Virus record (IMG/VR): IMGVR_UViG_3300037524_000956
Reading direction: 5' to 3' (one strand)
Source of the DNA: an uncultured virus (IMG/VR IMGVR_UViG_3300037524_000956)
Taxonomy: Duplodnaviria > Heunggongvirae > Uroviricota > Caudoviricetes
DNA length: 64,000 nt
Part shown: piece by piece, positions 16,910 through 28,200 of the stretch
How positions within the stretch are numbered: position 1 is the first letter of the stretch
Layout of the letters: the number at the start of each line of letters is the position of its first letter
The notes under the pieces: model-generated
Databases searched by the model: none
What the model was told of the DNA's origin: nothing
The model's input: only the letters and a program-made list of their open reading frames with translations
Program-made: the position numbers and the translations under genes

Positions 16910-18166
16910 GTGGTCAGTAAAATCCCCCAAAGCGTCAGAACAGCAGATAACCTTCTGGCCTCTTGGGATGAATACGTTAAGCCCTTACACGCACACAGTA
17001 TATTTAAAAAATGGGGAGGGTTATCTCTCATATCCGCCGCATTAACCCGGCGGGTTTGGTTCCAGACTAACCCTGTTATGCCGTTATTATTTCCTAACTT
17101 GTTTATTCTTTTATGTGGGGCACCAGGATCTGGAAAAGATTTAGTTATCAATACCATCCGGGATTTATTATCTTCAGCTACCGAGGAAATGGAGCAGCAG
17201 CAAGGTGTTAACATCGCCCCGGAATCTTTATCAACCAAAGGTCTTATTGACGCTCTGGCAGATGATGAATCAAGACTTGCGTTTACATTCAAGCACGGAG
17301 GGAAACCAGAGACAGTCCACTGTCACTCATTATACGTTGTTAATGGGGAGTTGGGTGCGTTCATGCCTGAGTACCAGACTCAAATGATCTCCATCATTAA
17401 CGACTTATATAATTGTAAAAACTCTTTCACCGAGCGAGTTCGGGGGCGGGGTGCTTCATCCACTGTTAAGATCGAAAACCCCCATTTAGCTATGCTTTTA
17501 GGAACTCAGCCGGCGGTGTTTGCCCGGATTGTACCAGAGGAAGCTTTCCAAATGGGCTTCACTGCCAGGTTAATTATTTGCAATGCGGGTGAATTAACAC
17601 GCAAACCCTTCTTTAACAACGAGACAGTGGATCAAACACTAAAAGGAAAAATTATCTCAGACATTCGCGCCCTTTCATTATTGGCAGGGGAGTACAAACT
17701 TAGTACACGGTTTAAAGAAAAGTTAAACGCTTTCCACGTTGACAATCCCGGCGCGATTGAACACTCCCGATTCATAGACTACAACGTCCGGCGGTCGTTG
17801 CACCTCAGCAAAATCGCCATATGCTGTGCCGCCGCCGAGTCAAACGAACTTATGCTGGAGGAAAAACATTTCGATCAAGCGCTAGAATATTTGCTTTTGT
17901 CTGAGAAAAATGTTACGGCACTGTTTGATGACTTAATAACGTCAAACGGCTTTCACCACTCAATCGAACAGGTATTACACAGCAAGACCAAAGCAAATTG
18001 TACAATAACTCACGCTGAACTGGAGAGAAAATTGCGTAAGACCCATAAGCCCCACGAGGTAGGGCAGATAATCCGATCAATGATTCAAGCCGGAGATATA
18101 ACCTTTGCAGAATATAAAGGAAGTATCCCCATTTATAACGTGTTAATTGAGGACTTTAAGAAATGA
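16910..18166 (+). CDS. DUF3987/YfjI-like P-loop ATPase (putative replicative helicase or helicase loader)
   Basis: PNLFILLCGAPGSGKD, ELGAF, LGTQP, GFTARL; follows the polymerase. Confidence 0.65.
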   Translation: MVSKIPQSVRTADNLLASWDEYVKPLHAHSIFKKWGGLSLISAALTRRVWFQTNPVMPLLFPNLFILLCGAPGSGKDLVINTIRDLLSSATEEMEQQQGVNIAPESLSTKGLIDALADDESRLAFTFKHGGKPETVHCHSLYVVNGELGAFMPEYQTQMISIINDLYNCKNSFTERVRGRGASSTVKIENPHLAMLLGTQPAVFARIVPEEAFQMGFTARLIICNAGELTRKPFFNNETVDQTLKGKIISDIRALSLLAGEYKLSTRFKEKLNAFHVDNPGAIEHSRFIDYNVRRSLHLSKIAICCAAAESNELMLEEKHFDQALEYLLLSEKNVTALFDDLITSNGFHHSIEQVLHSKTKANCTITHAELERKLRKTHKPHEVGQIIRSMIQAGDITFAEYKGSIPIYNVLIEDFKK

Positions 18167-18759
18167 GTTTAATCACCCACACCGAGTTACAGTTGTTAAT
18201 TTCCGCCGGGCTTCTAGTCGCCCCTGCTGACAACGACCACCCTTACAATAAAATCGACAGCTCCCAAATCAACGGAGCTTCTGTAGACTTACGCTTGGGT
18301 AGGACGTTTCTTCGTGAAACTCCGCCAGGGTCAGTTACGTTTCGCCCTTCGTATTACGTTTGTCTAAAAGGGAAAGAGGGACTGGTGATGAGTAAGGAAA
18401 TTCTTCCGTGGGGGTATCCGTTTTATTTAGCACCAGGGGAGTTTATTCTAGCACAAACTCTGGAGGTATTTAATCTCCCTAACTACATCGCCGCCGAATT
18501 TCGACTTAAGTCCTCAGTGGCGCGGGCAGGTTTGGATCAAGCATTGGCTGTATGGTGTGATCCTTCATGGAACAATTCAGTTCTAACAGTAGAACTCAGA
18601 AACAACACCCGATACCATACGCTTGTTTTAGAACCCGGACAAAAAATCGGGCAAGCAGTTTTCTTTAAAGGCGAGCCTGTTCCAGATGCTGCGTCGTATG
18701 CAATAAGGGGGCAGTATAATAACTTAAGTGAAGTAACTGGGAATAAAGGAGTTAGATAA
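18163..18759 (+). CDS. dcd: dCTP deaminase (trimeric dUTPase superfamily)
   Basis: QINGASVDLRLG, PGEFILAQTLE, KSSVARAG, DPSWN, LTVEL, KIGQ, GQYN. Confidence 0.9.
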   Translation: MSLITHTELQLLISAGLLVAPADNDHPYNKIDSSQINGASVDLRLGRTFLRETPPGSVTFRPSYYVCLKGKEGLVMSKEILPWGYPFYLAPGEFILAQTLEVFNLPNYIAAEFRLKSSVARAGLDQALAVWCDPSWNNSVLTVELRNNTRYHTLVLEPGQKIGQAVFFKGEPVPDAASYAIRGQYNNLSEVTGNKGVR

Positions 18760-19007
18760 TGAGTAATTCAAACTTCAACACTAGTGGGCGTAAGTATCTC
18801 CGCCCCGTTACCTGTATGGTTGATGACCAGATAGACGTGTACGCAGTTTTAGACACATTTAACGTCTGGTGCCCTGCCCGCGCTCATGCTATAAAGAAAC
18901 TTCTCTGCGCCGGCGAGCGTATGAAGAACAGCGAGCTTGACGATTTACGTGAGGCGCGTGACGCAATAGACCGGGCTATTCAAATGGAGCTTACCCGTTA
19001 TGAATAG
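18759..19007 (+). CDS. Conserved phage protein (DUF3310-like)
   Basis: DVYAVLDTF...HAIKKLLCAGER...DLREA pattern. Confidence 0.6.
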   Translation: MSNSNFNTSGRKYLRPVTCMVDDQIDVYAVLDTFNVWCPARAHAIKKLLCAGERMKNSELDDLREARDAIDRAIQMELTRYE

Positions 19008-19236
19008 GCACGAACGCTATCTCGGTGACTCCGTCTACGCTTGTATAGACGGTGATGTACTTTGCTTATACACTAAAAACGATGATGATTCTGAGAACAC
19101 CATCTACCTAGAGCCAGAAGTTATAGACGCTTTAAACGCTTACGTTGATTGGATTAACAGCATAACCGACGAAGAGATTGACGAATATAACTCGGCTATT
19201 AGGCAGTTGAACGATGAAAAAGAATTGCAGTTTTAA
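19000..19236 (+). CDS. Hypothetical phage protein
   Basis: YLGDSVY...IYLEPEV; last gene of the + arm, stop overlaps the stop of the giant gene. Confidence 0.7.
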   Translation: MNRHERYLGDSVYACIDGDVLCLYTKNDDDSENTIYLEPEVIDALNAYVDWINSITDEEIDEYNSAIRQLNDEKELQF

Positions 19237-22200
19237 CTCACCCGTTGCTTATACGCAGCGTTAAATCTCTCTTGCACAGCCTCTATACGCCCGCGAAGCT
19301 CCTTAACGCGGGCGTCATCCTTTCTATTCTCAGCGGCTCGTATCCGCACCCGTAAGCTTTTAATCTGCCTTTCAACATCTTGCGCTTGACTATACATTCT
19401 TAAGTCTTTACTCCTCGCTTGCCGTACCTCCTGCAATTTAACTAGGTCTCTTTCCGGTCCATCTCTATACATCTTTTCTAACTTGTGTGCTCCGTAAACT
19501 GCAGCGATGTTTGTATGATAAGTCTGTGACCGCATAGGGTTGTATGGTTCTGAGAAGAATTCCTTAACAATCGGAATTTCCTTCGGACCCTCAATACCCT
19601 TCTCTAAATTTTCTTGCAGCCCAAATGTTGCATCCGAAAGAAACCTACCCAAGCTGCCAGTTAGGAACTTCGCTAGCAGTTGGTAATCTCCGGGACGGAG
19701 GTCAATCGCCCCGGATTCAACAGCACTTCCGCCGGTTAACTCATTAACAAACCTCGCAACGCTTTGATAACCCTTCGGTGTGCTGCTCCAGAGCAATTCT
19801 GAATTGGCTTTGCTTCCTGCACCGGGGAAGCCTTCTGGCCCTATTGGATTCCCGGCGAAGTCTTTGTTCTCAAGAATCTGCACAAACGGATCGGCAGCTG
19901 TGGGAGAAATAGCCTGTGCAATACTCCCCGGTTTACCCAAAGGATTAAACGTAACTGCAGTAAGCGCTGCAAGATCCAATATCATGTTCTGTGGCTTACG
20001 TACACCTGCAAGTGTCTCACCAAACATTCCGCCGGTGCGCCAGAGTACGTTATACACCCAGGGTGCAGGAATCTTAACAAAGTCACCAGCCACCTTAATC
20101 GGTAAGATAATAAACCGTTCCTTATCCCACTCAGGTATTTCATCCCAATCATCAGCTACCGCTCGGCCAAGTAAGTCAAGCATTAAGGCGAACATAATAG
20201 TTCCACCTGCCCAGGCTTGTAATTTCTTAGACGCCATTAAGTTCCTTAAAACTTGATAATTCCCCTGCACCGCCGCGTTAAAGAACACCCACCAATTACC
20301 AAGCGCCTGTGTCTTATACCCCCGCCGGGTGAAGTTAGTTGTTAAGTCTTGAGCAATTCGCGCTGCCCGAGTCTTATCAACCCCCTTATCCATCAATACA
20401 TTAAAGGTACTCAACCGCATTACGTTCTCAAACAGCACGTTAAAGTTCTCAAGCCCATCAATCCATTTATCCTTGGCAGCCATTATTTGCTTCATGCCCC
20501 CTTGCCGCCGGGCGACCTGCGCATCAAAGCTCCTCCATGTATCATCAGACGGATTCAACTGCTCAATAAACGAGGTCCGGCCTCCAGCATTTTCAAATGC
20601 CTCAACCATTTTTACGTCTGCATCAGTCGGGTTTCGATTGCCATCGAGAAATACCTTTTTCAAAGCATTAAAAGATTTACCATAATTCGCAAATATTTCA
20701 CTCGTGTACGGTGCTGCTTCAGTCGCTTGCAAATTGTAAAGTGCAGTCCCCGGATCTCTAATCGCGTTCATCATCAGGAACGCCGGTGAGGCGGTAACAT
20801 TAACCCACCTTACGATGTTGTTAAAGAAATTAAGTACACTCATCGGCCCGCTAACAATCTGCGCGTCTAAGTTATTAGCTGCACGTACAAAGCCCATTGC
20901 TCTTTCATTGTGCATGTTAGGCCGGATGACTAATTTCTTTCCTTTATTAATCAGTGTAATGTCTGCACGGTTCGAGGCCGTAGCATTTCTTTCCTGCAAG
21001 AATCCATCCTCATCATGCGTTATGTACTTATCAGCATCAACAATAGCAAACCAGGGTTTCCAACTCTCTTTATCAGCATTAACTACCTCATACAATTCTT
21101 TATTCGCCAGATTCCTCTCCGCTGCTGCTGCGCTTGCTTCAAGTGCTGCGAGTGCGTTTTGTAGTACAAGTGTTGGCTCGGAAAGTGCAGTGGTTCCTGT
21201 ACGAACTCCGAGTTGCTTAGACCCACCTTGACCGGCGCGCTGGAAGAGTTGTTCAATTTCTCTATCAACATTATAAGACTCCCGGCGTAAAGGTGCGTAT
21301 GTAGTTTTATCAAGTAACAATCTGGCATGTTCTTCTGGAGTGATTAACTCCCCATCCTCACGGATTTGCAGCGCGTGTCGATTCATCGCATCGAATAAGT
21401 TAGCGATTTTATCAAACCGTGCTTGATCTTTACTCGTATCCGCAAGTACGTCGTCGATACTTCTTACAATCCCCTTACCAATTCCACCGTTAGAGAATCC
21501 CCCGGCGGCGTCCTTAAACACCTCCCACTCAAACCTCAACGCCTGCTTTCCGTCAGGGTTAAGTTGTTCAAACACAACATACTTATTCATCAAATCAAAC
21601 ATAAGCTTTTGCTTAGTTTTTTTTGACATTTTAGCCGGGGTACCGTTTATATCTAAGTAAACAGACCCGTCTGGCATTTTTCCGCCTTTAACATTCGAGC
21701 GGGCCTTCATTAACTCCTTTTTCTTTGACTCAGGCAACGCCTTTAAAAGCTCCTTAGTATAACTGTAACTCGACCTTTCGGCAAGCCGGGTGTTTACGTT
21801 ATCCACCTTAAGGTGTCGGGCAGCAAGCATGTCTCCGACTTCTTTTGAAGTCCACGGACCTTTAGCGATAAGATCCCGTAAAGGAAACATGTACTCCTGC
21901 CGGGCTTGCACTAGCCGGGCGGCCTTTTTATTTCTTAAAAGTGAATACGCATCGTAAACCCTTGTAGACTTCTTTTCCATTTCTGCGAAGAAGTCTATGA
22001 AATTTGCACGGAACTTTTGCAACAACCCTGGCTTGTTTACAAAGTCCTGCCGGGAATCTGTTGGGTCTGTCCAAAGGGTGTCTTTAAACTCTTGGAGGCC
22101 TATGCTGTAAAGGATATTAGAATCAGTAGATGAAAACAACCCTATGTTGGCTATGGCAGATTTAATTTGATTTGGATCATATACAACATACTCATCCGAG

Positions 22201-25200
22201 GCTTGTTTTGCTTTTCTTCCAAACAGTTCAACATTCTGAAATTCAGCCGGCAACTGTGGAGGTTTTACTATAACCCCATCATATCCAGATTGTTTCAAGT
22301 TTTCTCGAATATCTGGATCCGTAAAATCAACTTGTGCTTTAGCAGCTGGATTTTGCATATTAAGAAAAACTGGAATAACATTACCGCCGGAGTAATTTTT
22401 AGTATATACGCTAGCTAATTTTGGGTCAGATGTAAAATAAAAACCTTTACCATAAACACCGGAGTCAGTCCCTGTCCCAACTTTACCCAAATCAAACTCT
22501 GAAAAGTCAGATTGTGTGCCATGATAAACTACTAAGGGTTCACCATTGTCATCTAAAATTTTACTAGAGTTACCTTGATCGTTTTCCCAGTTACCAAACC
22601 AAGCCTTAAACTCAGGTGTTCTTACCTGCAGCCACTGCCGCTCGTTCAAATTGGTTGATTGCCCATTAGGCGCTTTCATCCATTGATCCGAGTTTTCATA
22701 TTGCTTACGAACTTTATCAATAGACTCTTCTGGGGTATCTTGTAGCGTAGTCTCTGGTGCAACACTATACTGCGCCTCAAGCGCCCGCCCTAATCTCACA
22801 CTCGGCGGCATCTCCTTCGCTTCAGCAATAACCAATTCCCTTGCCCTCGCGGCTTGTTGTGCCTCAGCCAAGCTGTTTCTCAAGCTCGCCTTCGCCCATT
22901 CAACAGCCATTGCCTCGTTTAACTCAAACCCAATCCCGGCTTGTTTAAGCGCTTGCCCAAGTTGCGTTTGTGCAAACCAAGCTTTAATTGCGTTTATTAA
23001 TCTCTTTAAAAATCCCGCCCCGTCTTTAGTTTCCGCAGCGTACTGAATAAAATACGCCAGCTTTTCTTCCGCTAATAGCCCTGGCCGGCGTTCCTCAATT
23101 AATGCCTGCACGTTTTTAAGGTCCGTCTTATTCCCACCCTGCATGAGATTATGCTTAATCCCAAGCACATCAGCCACAGCGATAGTTGCTTGCGCGATGG
23201 CGTTCCTGGCTGTTTCATTACCATTCTCAGCAAGGGTATCGAGGTCCTTTAAATATCCTTCCAGACTATCCCCAAGTATTTCGTTAAACGTAGGGGCATG
23301 GCTACCTTCATGCAACAGCACACCTAAAGGTGAACCGTCCGCCGGCATGGTTTGAGTGTATAATCTAAACTTGTCTCCCGCCCACGAGCCTGACTCGCCG
23401 CGTGTGCCAGCTCCGTCAATGACTTCGATAATCCCGGCGGCCTCCGCTTGCTGTATCCAGTTCTCACCCATTACAGAATTTACGTTAGCACGTAATTCGT
23501 CTGGAGTAACCGGACGAATTGGGGACCCTTGCTCAGCACTTAACGACTGTCCCCCTTGCATAACAACAATTTGCTCTTCGTCGGGGTATTCCTGCATGGA
23601 CTGCGGAGAGCGTTCCTTCCGTTCTTCCTCAGTCATGCCTTGCCGGGCTTGGGTTAGGCGAGCTTCGGTTTCGCCGGCGAGCTTTTTGTAAAACTCGTAA
23701 AGATTTGCTTCCGCACGAATAGCCTTTTCATTACCGGATCTTATCGCAGCGATTTTCTCGAGGATATCGGTGATCTCTACGTTAAGTTTAAATTTGTATT
23801 TTGTGATTTCTTTTTTTGAGTCATCCTTCTTTATGAAATCTATAAATTTACTTAAAACTGAAAAAGTTTTAAAAGGAAGACTACCTAACCCACGATCACT
23901 ACCCAATAAACCTGCAATAACTTTTTCCACATGACCCACATCATTCATCGCTTCCCTCCATACTTTTAATTTTTCTTGGCGGGTTTTATTTTCACGAGGA
24001 AGATTCTCATAAACCATGTATTCAGCATACGCCTTATCACGAATACTAATTGCGTTATCATAATCTATAATAAAATCAATATTTTTCTCTAAAAAAACAG
24101 CGGTTTCGATAGCTTCTTTTAATTGATAAATTTGTTCATTCAGTTTTTCCATCACCCCTTTAGCAACATTCTCTTTCGTTTCTACAGGCAGCGATTCCCA
24201 AACCGAATTCTCATTACCACCCTTAGCAAATCCCTCATACATTTGAATAGCATGTTGAATCTCATGGAGTATAGTTGACAGTGGATCTTTTGCGTAAGGG
24301 GTAACAACAATCTCCAGTTTATCGTCGCTAAAATACCCTTGAGTTCTTTGGTCAATATCAAAAAGTGCTTTTCTTTTTATTAACTTAATTGCTTCCAAAA
24401 AGGGATAAGCTGCAAACAACTTAGGATGATCAATAACTTCGCTTAACGGAATTGCTTTTTCATCTTTAAAAAATTCTGATTCAGGAATAGAATCAAACGA
24501 TTGTTTCCACTTCATATCCTTATCAGAGATTTCAAATCTCCATTTCTTATCAGCTCCTTGATGCCAGCCGGTTTGTTGACGCACAACTTCAGGATTGTCT
24601 CCTTTTTCTATACGATTTTGTGCAGTCTCTAAAGACATTAAATCAGCAGTAGCAGCTCGTGGCCCGGCGAAGCTAAATAACGGTTGCCCCTGCATCACCG
24701 ACTCTTTCATCGCCAGGGTTATGTCTACGCTGTGGACAGCGGTAGACTGTTTATCACCTACTTTTATTTGTGTAGTTCCAACCTCTGCTCCCCACTTCTT
24801 AACGTATTTGTTAATCTCCTTCGGTAACTGGCGATCATAAAGGTTTATTAAATAATCACGTCCTGCTTGCTCGTATCTTTCTGCCTGCTGTTTTCCAGTC
24901 GTCCATCCAACCCTATCATAACCATTTTCCGCCGCGTAACGTAGCATACGTTTAAAGCCTAACCCTGCCCAACCTGACAGAGTGCTTGAAGACCCAGAGA
25001 TGGTTTGCTGAAAAGGTGCAATAGGTACTTTCCCATTGGCATATTTATTTAGACTTTTTACTGCTTTTTCAATAGCTTGTTCTTTTGTATCTCCTGCAGC
25101 AATAAGAGCACCATCTTCCTTTTCTCGAACAAACCACTCAGTTTCTCCTTCAAAGGTTTCAGGTGCTATCGTAAAATTTTTATCATCTAATAATTTTTGT

Positions 25201-28200
25201 GCAGTCCACTCTTTAATATATCCTTGTTTACTTCCCTCTTGGTGGCGTTTACTTTGTATCTCTTCAATAAACAACAACTTCTTTCCATCTTCGTCAGTAC
25301 GGTCATTAAACCTTATCCACGCTATTGCACGACCTTCTTTAATGTCGCCGTAATGTATCTTATCTTCAGTGTTATATGGCTGAATATTAGGACTTGTTAT
25401 AACTATCTCCCGGTGATTTTTTCCACCAGCTAGTGTCCATTTTTTATTTCTAGTCTTATCTATATATTGAGTATTTAAAAAATCAAGTGGTTTTAAAACA
25501 GTTTCTATTTCATCACCAAATCTTTTTGCTTCCTTATCCGAGCTATCTTTTATATTATCTACTGTTCCAATTAACTTTCCAGACAGATCATATACTTCCC
25601 ATTTATTAGTTTCATCATTTAATGTAATCTTTGGCTCACCTGCGCCCAACAATGTTTCAGTTACTTTAACTTCATTATCCTTAACAAATTTCAAAACATC
25701 TTCTTTACTCACAACACCTTGTTCTTTCAACCACTCATCAACTCCCATCCAGTCAAGTTCTTCTTTTTTAATCTGCCCCTTACTAACCATGTTATTCAAC
25801 ATAGAAGCCCATTGTGTACCAGAAGCTTTTTTCTGTGATAACCCCTCAACAGCACGAGAAAGTCCGGAGTAAAATCTCCCTTTCGGCATCGAGTACCTAA
25901 AATCCTCCGAGTCTGTAGGCTTCTCATTCGTAACAAACTTCACCTGTTTACTATCAAACGCAATAACATAAGGCTTAGCTCCCGGTGCTTTCACAATCGC
26001 CCCGTCATAGCCTTTAGCCATAAGCTTTTTACGGAGCTTGGCTGCATCTTCTTTAGTCTCAATACTCGTTAAGTCAGCGTCGGTTAATTCGTAAGGATTT
26101 TGAATCTTAGCATGTAACGCCATAAGGTTGTTGCCATATCTTGCAGCCGCCCCCTTATCAGCGGTCATGAAGAATCCTAACCCGCTGGTCGGGTGGGAGC
26201 TGGCTTCGCCGGCGCGACTCGAATCCCACTCATTAAACACCGGGTTGTTAGTACCGTGGTATAAAGTAATGGGTGTCCCGGCGGAGTCTGCCGTTACGCC
26301 GGGAGTCCCTTTACCGAACCAGTTTTTAAATGGGGTTTCCTGCGCTTGGCGCTCTTGAAACTGCTTCCGAACAGCCTCAAATTCCTCCATTGTGGCTTCG
26401 GTGGCTTGCCGGCGGGGCTTAGACTTTTTAATTTGTTTAGGATCGAATACTACAATTTCTAAAGGTTCTCCATTATAATTAGCAGTAATACTATCATATC
26501 CTGCCTGTTTAGCCATATCAGATAATTTAGTAGGTGCATCGTTTACTTCAAGTGGACCTACTGCTTCTTTATACACATCCATAAAGGTTAAAAGTAATTC
26601 ACCACCCATTCCTGTTGTCTTAAACTCATTTAATTTAGCCTTAGCTATATTTTTTTGTTCTATAGATAATTCTGGATTATTATCAAATACTGATCCTAAC
26701 GCATTAAAGTTTACATCTGCTGCAGCTAAAAATTCTTCATCACTTGCCTCATTACCTTCGTATGCTGCAAAGTCTTCAGTAATAAGTGGATTATTTAGTT
26801 CAAGAGATGCACTAATTACATTCTTACCATAGCTTGAAGCTGTCTCTTTATCGGGTGTAAAATAAAAACCTGCTCCATTTAATCCTGTATTTCCAGAATT
26901 CTTACCTGACTCTTTAGCATCAAATTCAGCGAATGTATCATCAGGCGTTCCATGATAAGCTTTAATAGTATATTTTGTTCCTTTTCGGCGAGGCATTGAG
27001 AACCGGGTGTTTACCGGGGCTTCGGTTTGGGTTTGCACTTCTTCGGCATTTGGAATTACCTCTGGTTTAGTTGGACGTTCTCCCAACAACTGCTGCAGCT
27101 TAGCTTTTTCTTCCTCAGTAGGAATAACTCTTGTTTCAGGTTGACCCGGCGGGGTAAGTATAACCTCTTCCCCACGCTTTAACTGAACAGTCTCGCCGGG
27201 CCGAGGTAGGACTGGGGGCTGCGTAACGGGAGGTATATTAGGACTTACAACTGGTACTTGCTCCTCGACTGGCGGAATATCCAGCGGAGTTTCCTGCACC
27301 GGCGGGGTTATCTCTTGAGTCGGAGGTATAGTTTGGATAACGGGAGGAATTTCAACAGGAGCTTCTTGCACAGGAGCCACTTGTCCCGGTGTTTCTTGAA
27401 CAGGCGTTTCCACACCCAACTCACTATCAAACCGCGCCCTTATCTGTTGCAGTTCTTCCACCCCCGCCGTATTCCCGGCGGCCTGTGCTTCTGCCAAAGC
27501 CGCATCTATCCTACTCCGCATAGCCTCAAGGTCTTGCGTTCTGGTTTGATCAGTTGGTGGTGTTACAGGCAGAGTTCCAGTTTGTGCAGGCGGAGTCCCG
27601 GCAGGAGGTGGAGCAGTTTCTTGTGCTTGTAGCCCGCCAACAGTAGCCCCTGCACCCATCGCAGCTCCACCGACCAGCGCACCAGCCGCCGCTGCGTTCT
27701 TAATCCGTCCCCAATCTTCAGGAGTTAAATCAGCAAACAGCGGCTCATTCTCCGCCCACCGGAGGCCGGCGATAGAGACAAGCTCTTGCAACCCTTCTGT
27801 AATACCCTCCGCCCCGGCACCAACGGCTGCACCTTTAGCGGCTCGGCCACCAATTTCCTTAGCCAAGCCAATGGCACGTTTTGAAAGTTCAGGGTTATCT
27901 GCAATAACTTTGGCAATACTCTTTTTAGCATACGACCCCATCCCAATGCTCTTCGCCGCCGAGTAAAACGGCAAGAACTCCAGCGCCCCGTTAATACCAC
28001 CCACTGCAATAGCGCTTTTAACAGCGTCAGCCGGGTTTACCCCTTCAGCAACTTGTTCACCAAACGCAAGTCCACCTTCCAGCCCAAAGCTCCCTGTAAA
28101 TCCGCCGGCGATAGCGCCCTTAGAAAACGTATCCCTTAAGGCGGTAGCTGCAGCCTGTTTCATAGCCTGCGTTACAACTTGTCCCTCAGCCGCTTGTATA

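Noticed and set aside
16842..17045. 67-aa ORF after the polymerase
   Set aside because: Overlaps the DUF3987-like gene and begins inside palindrome copy 3 with no RBS; probably spurious
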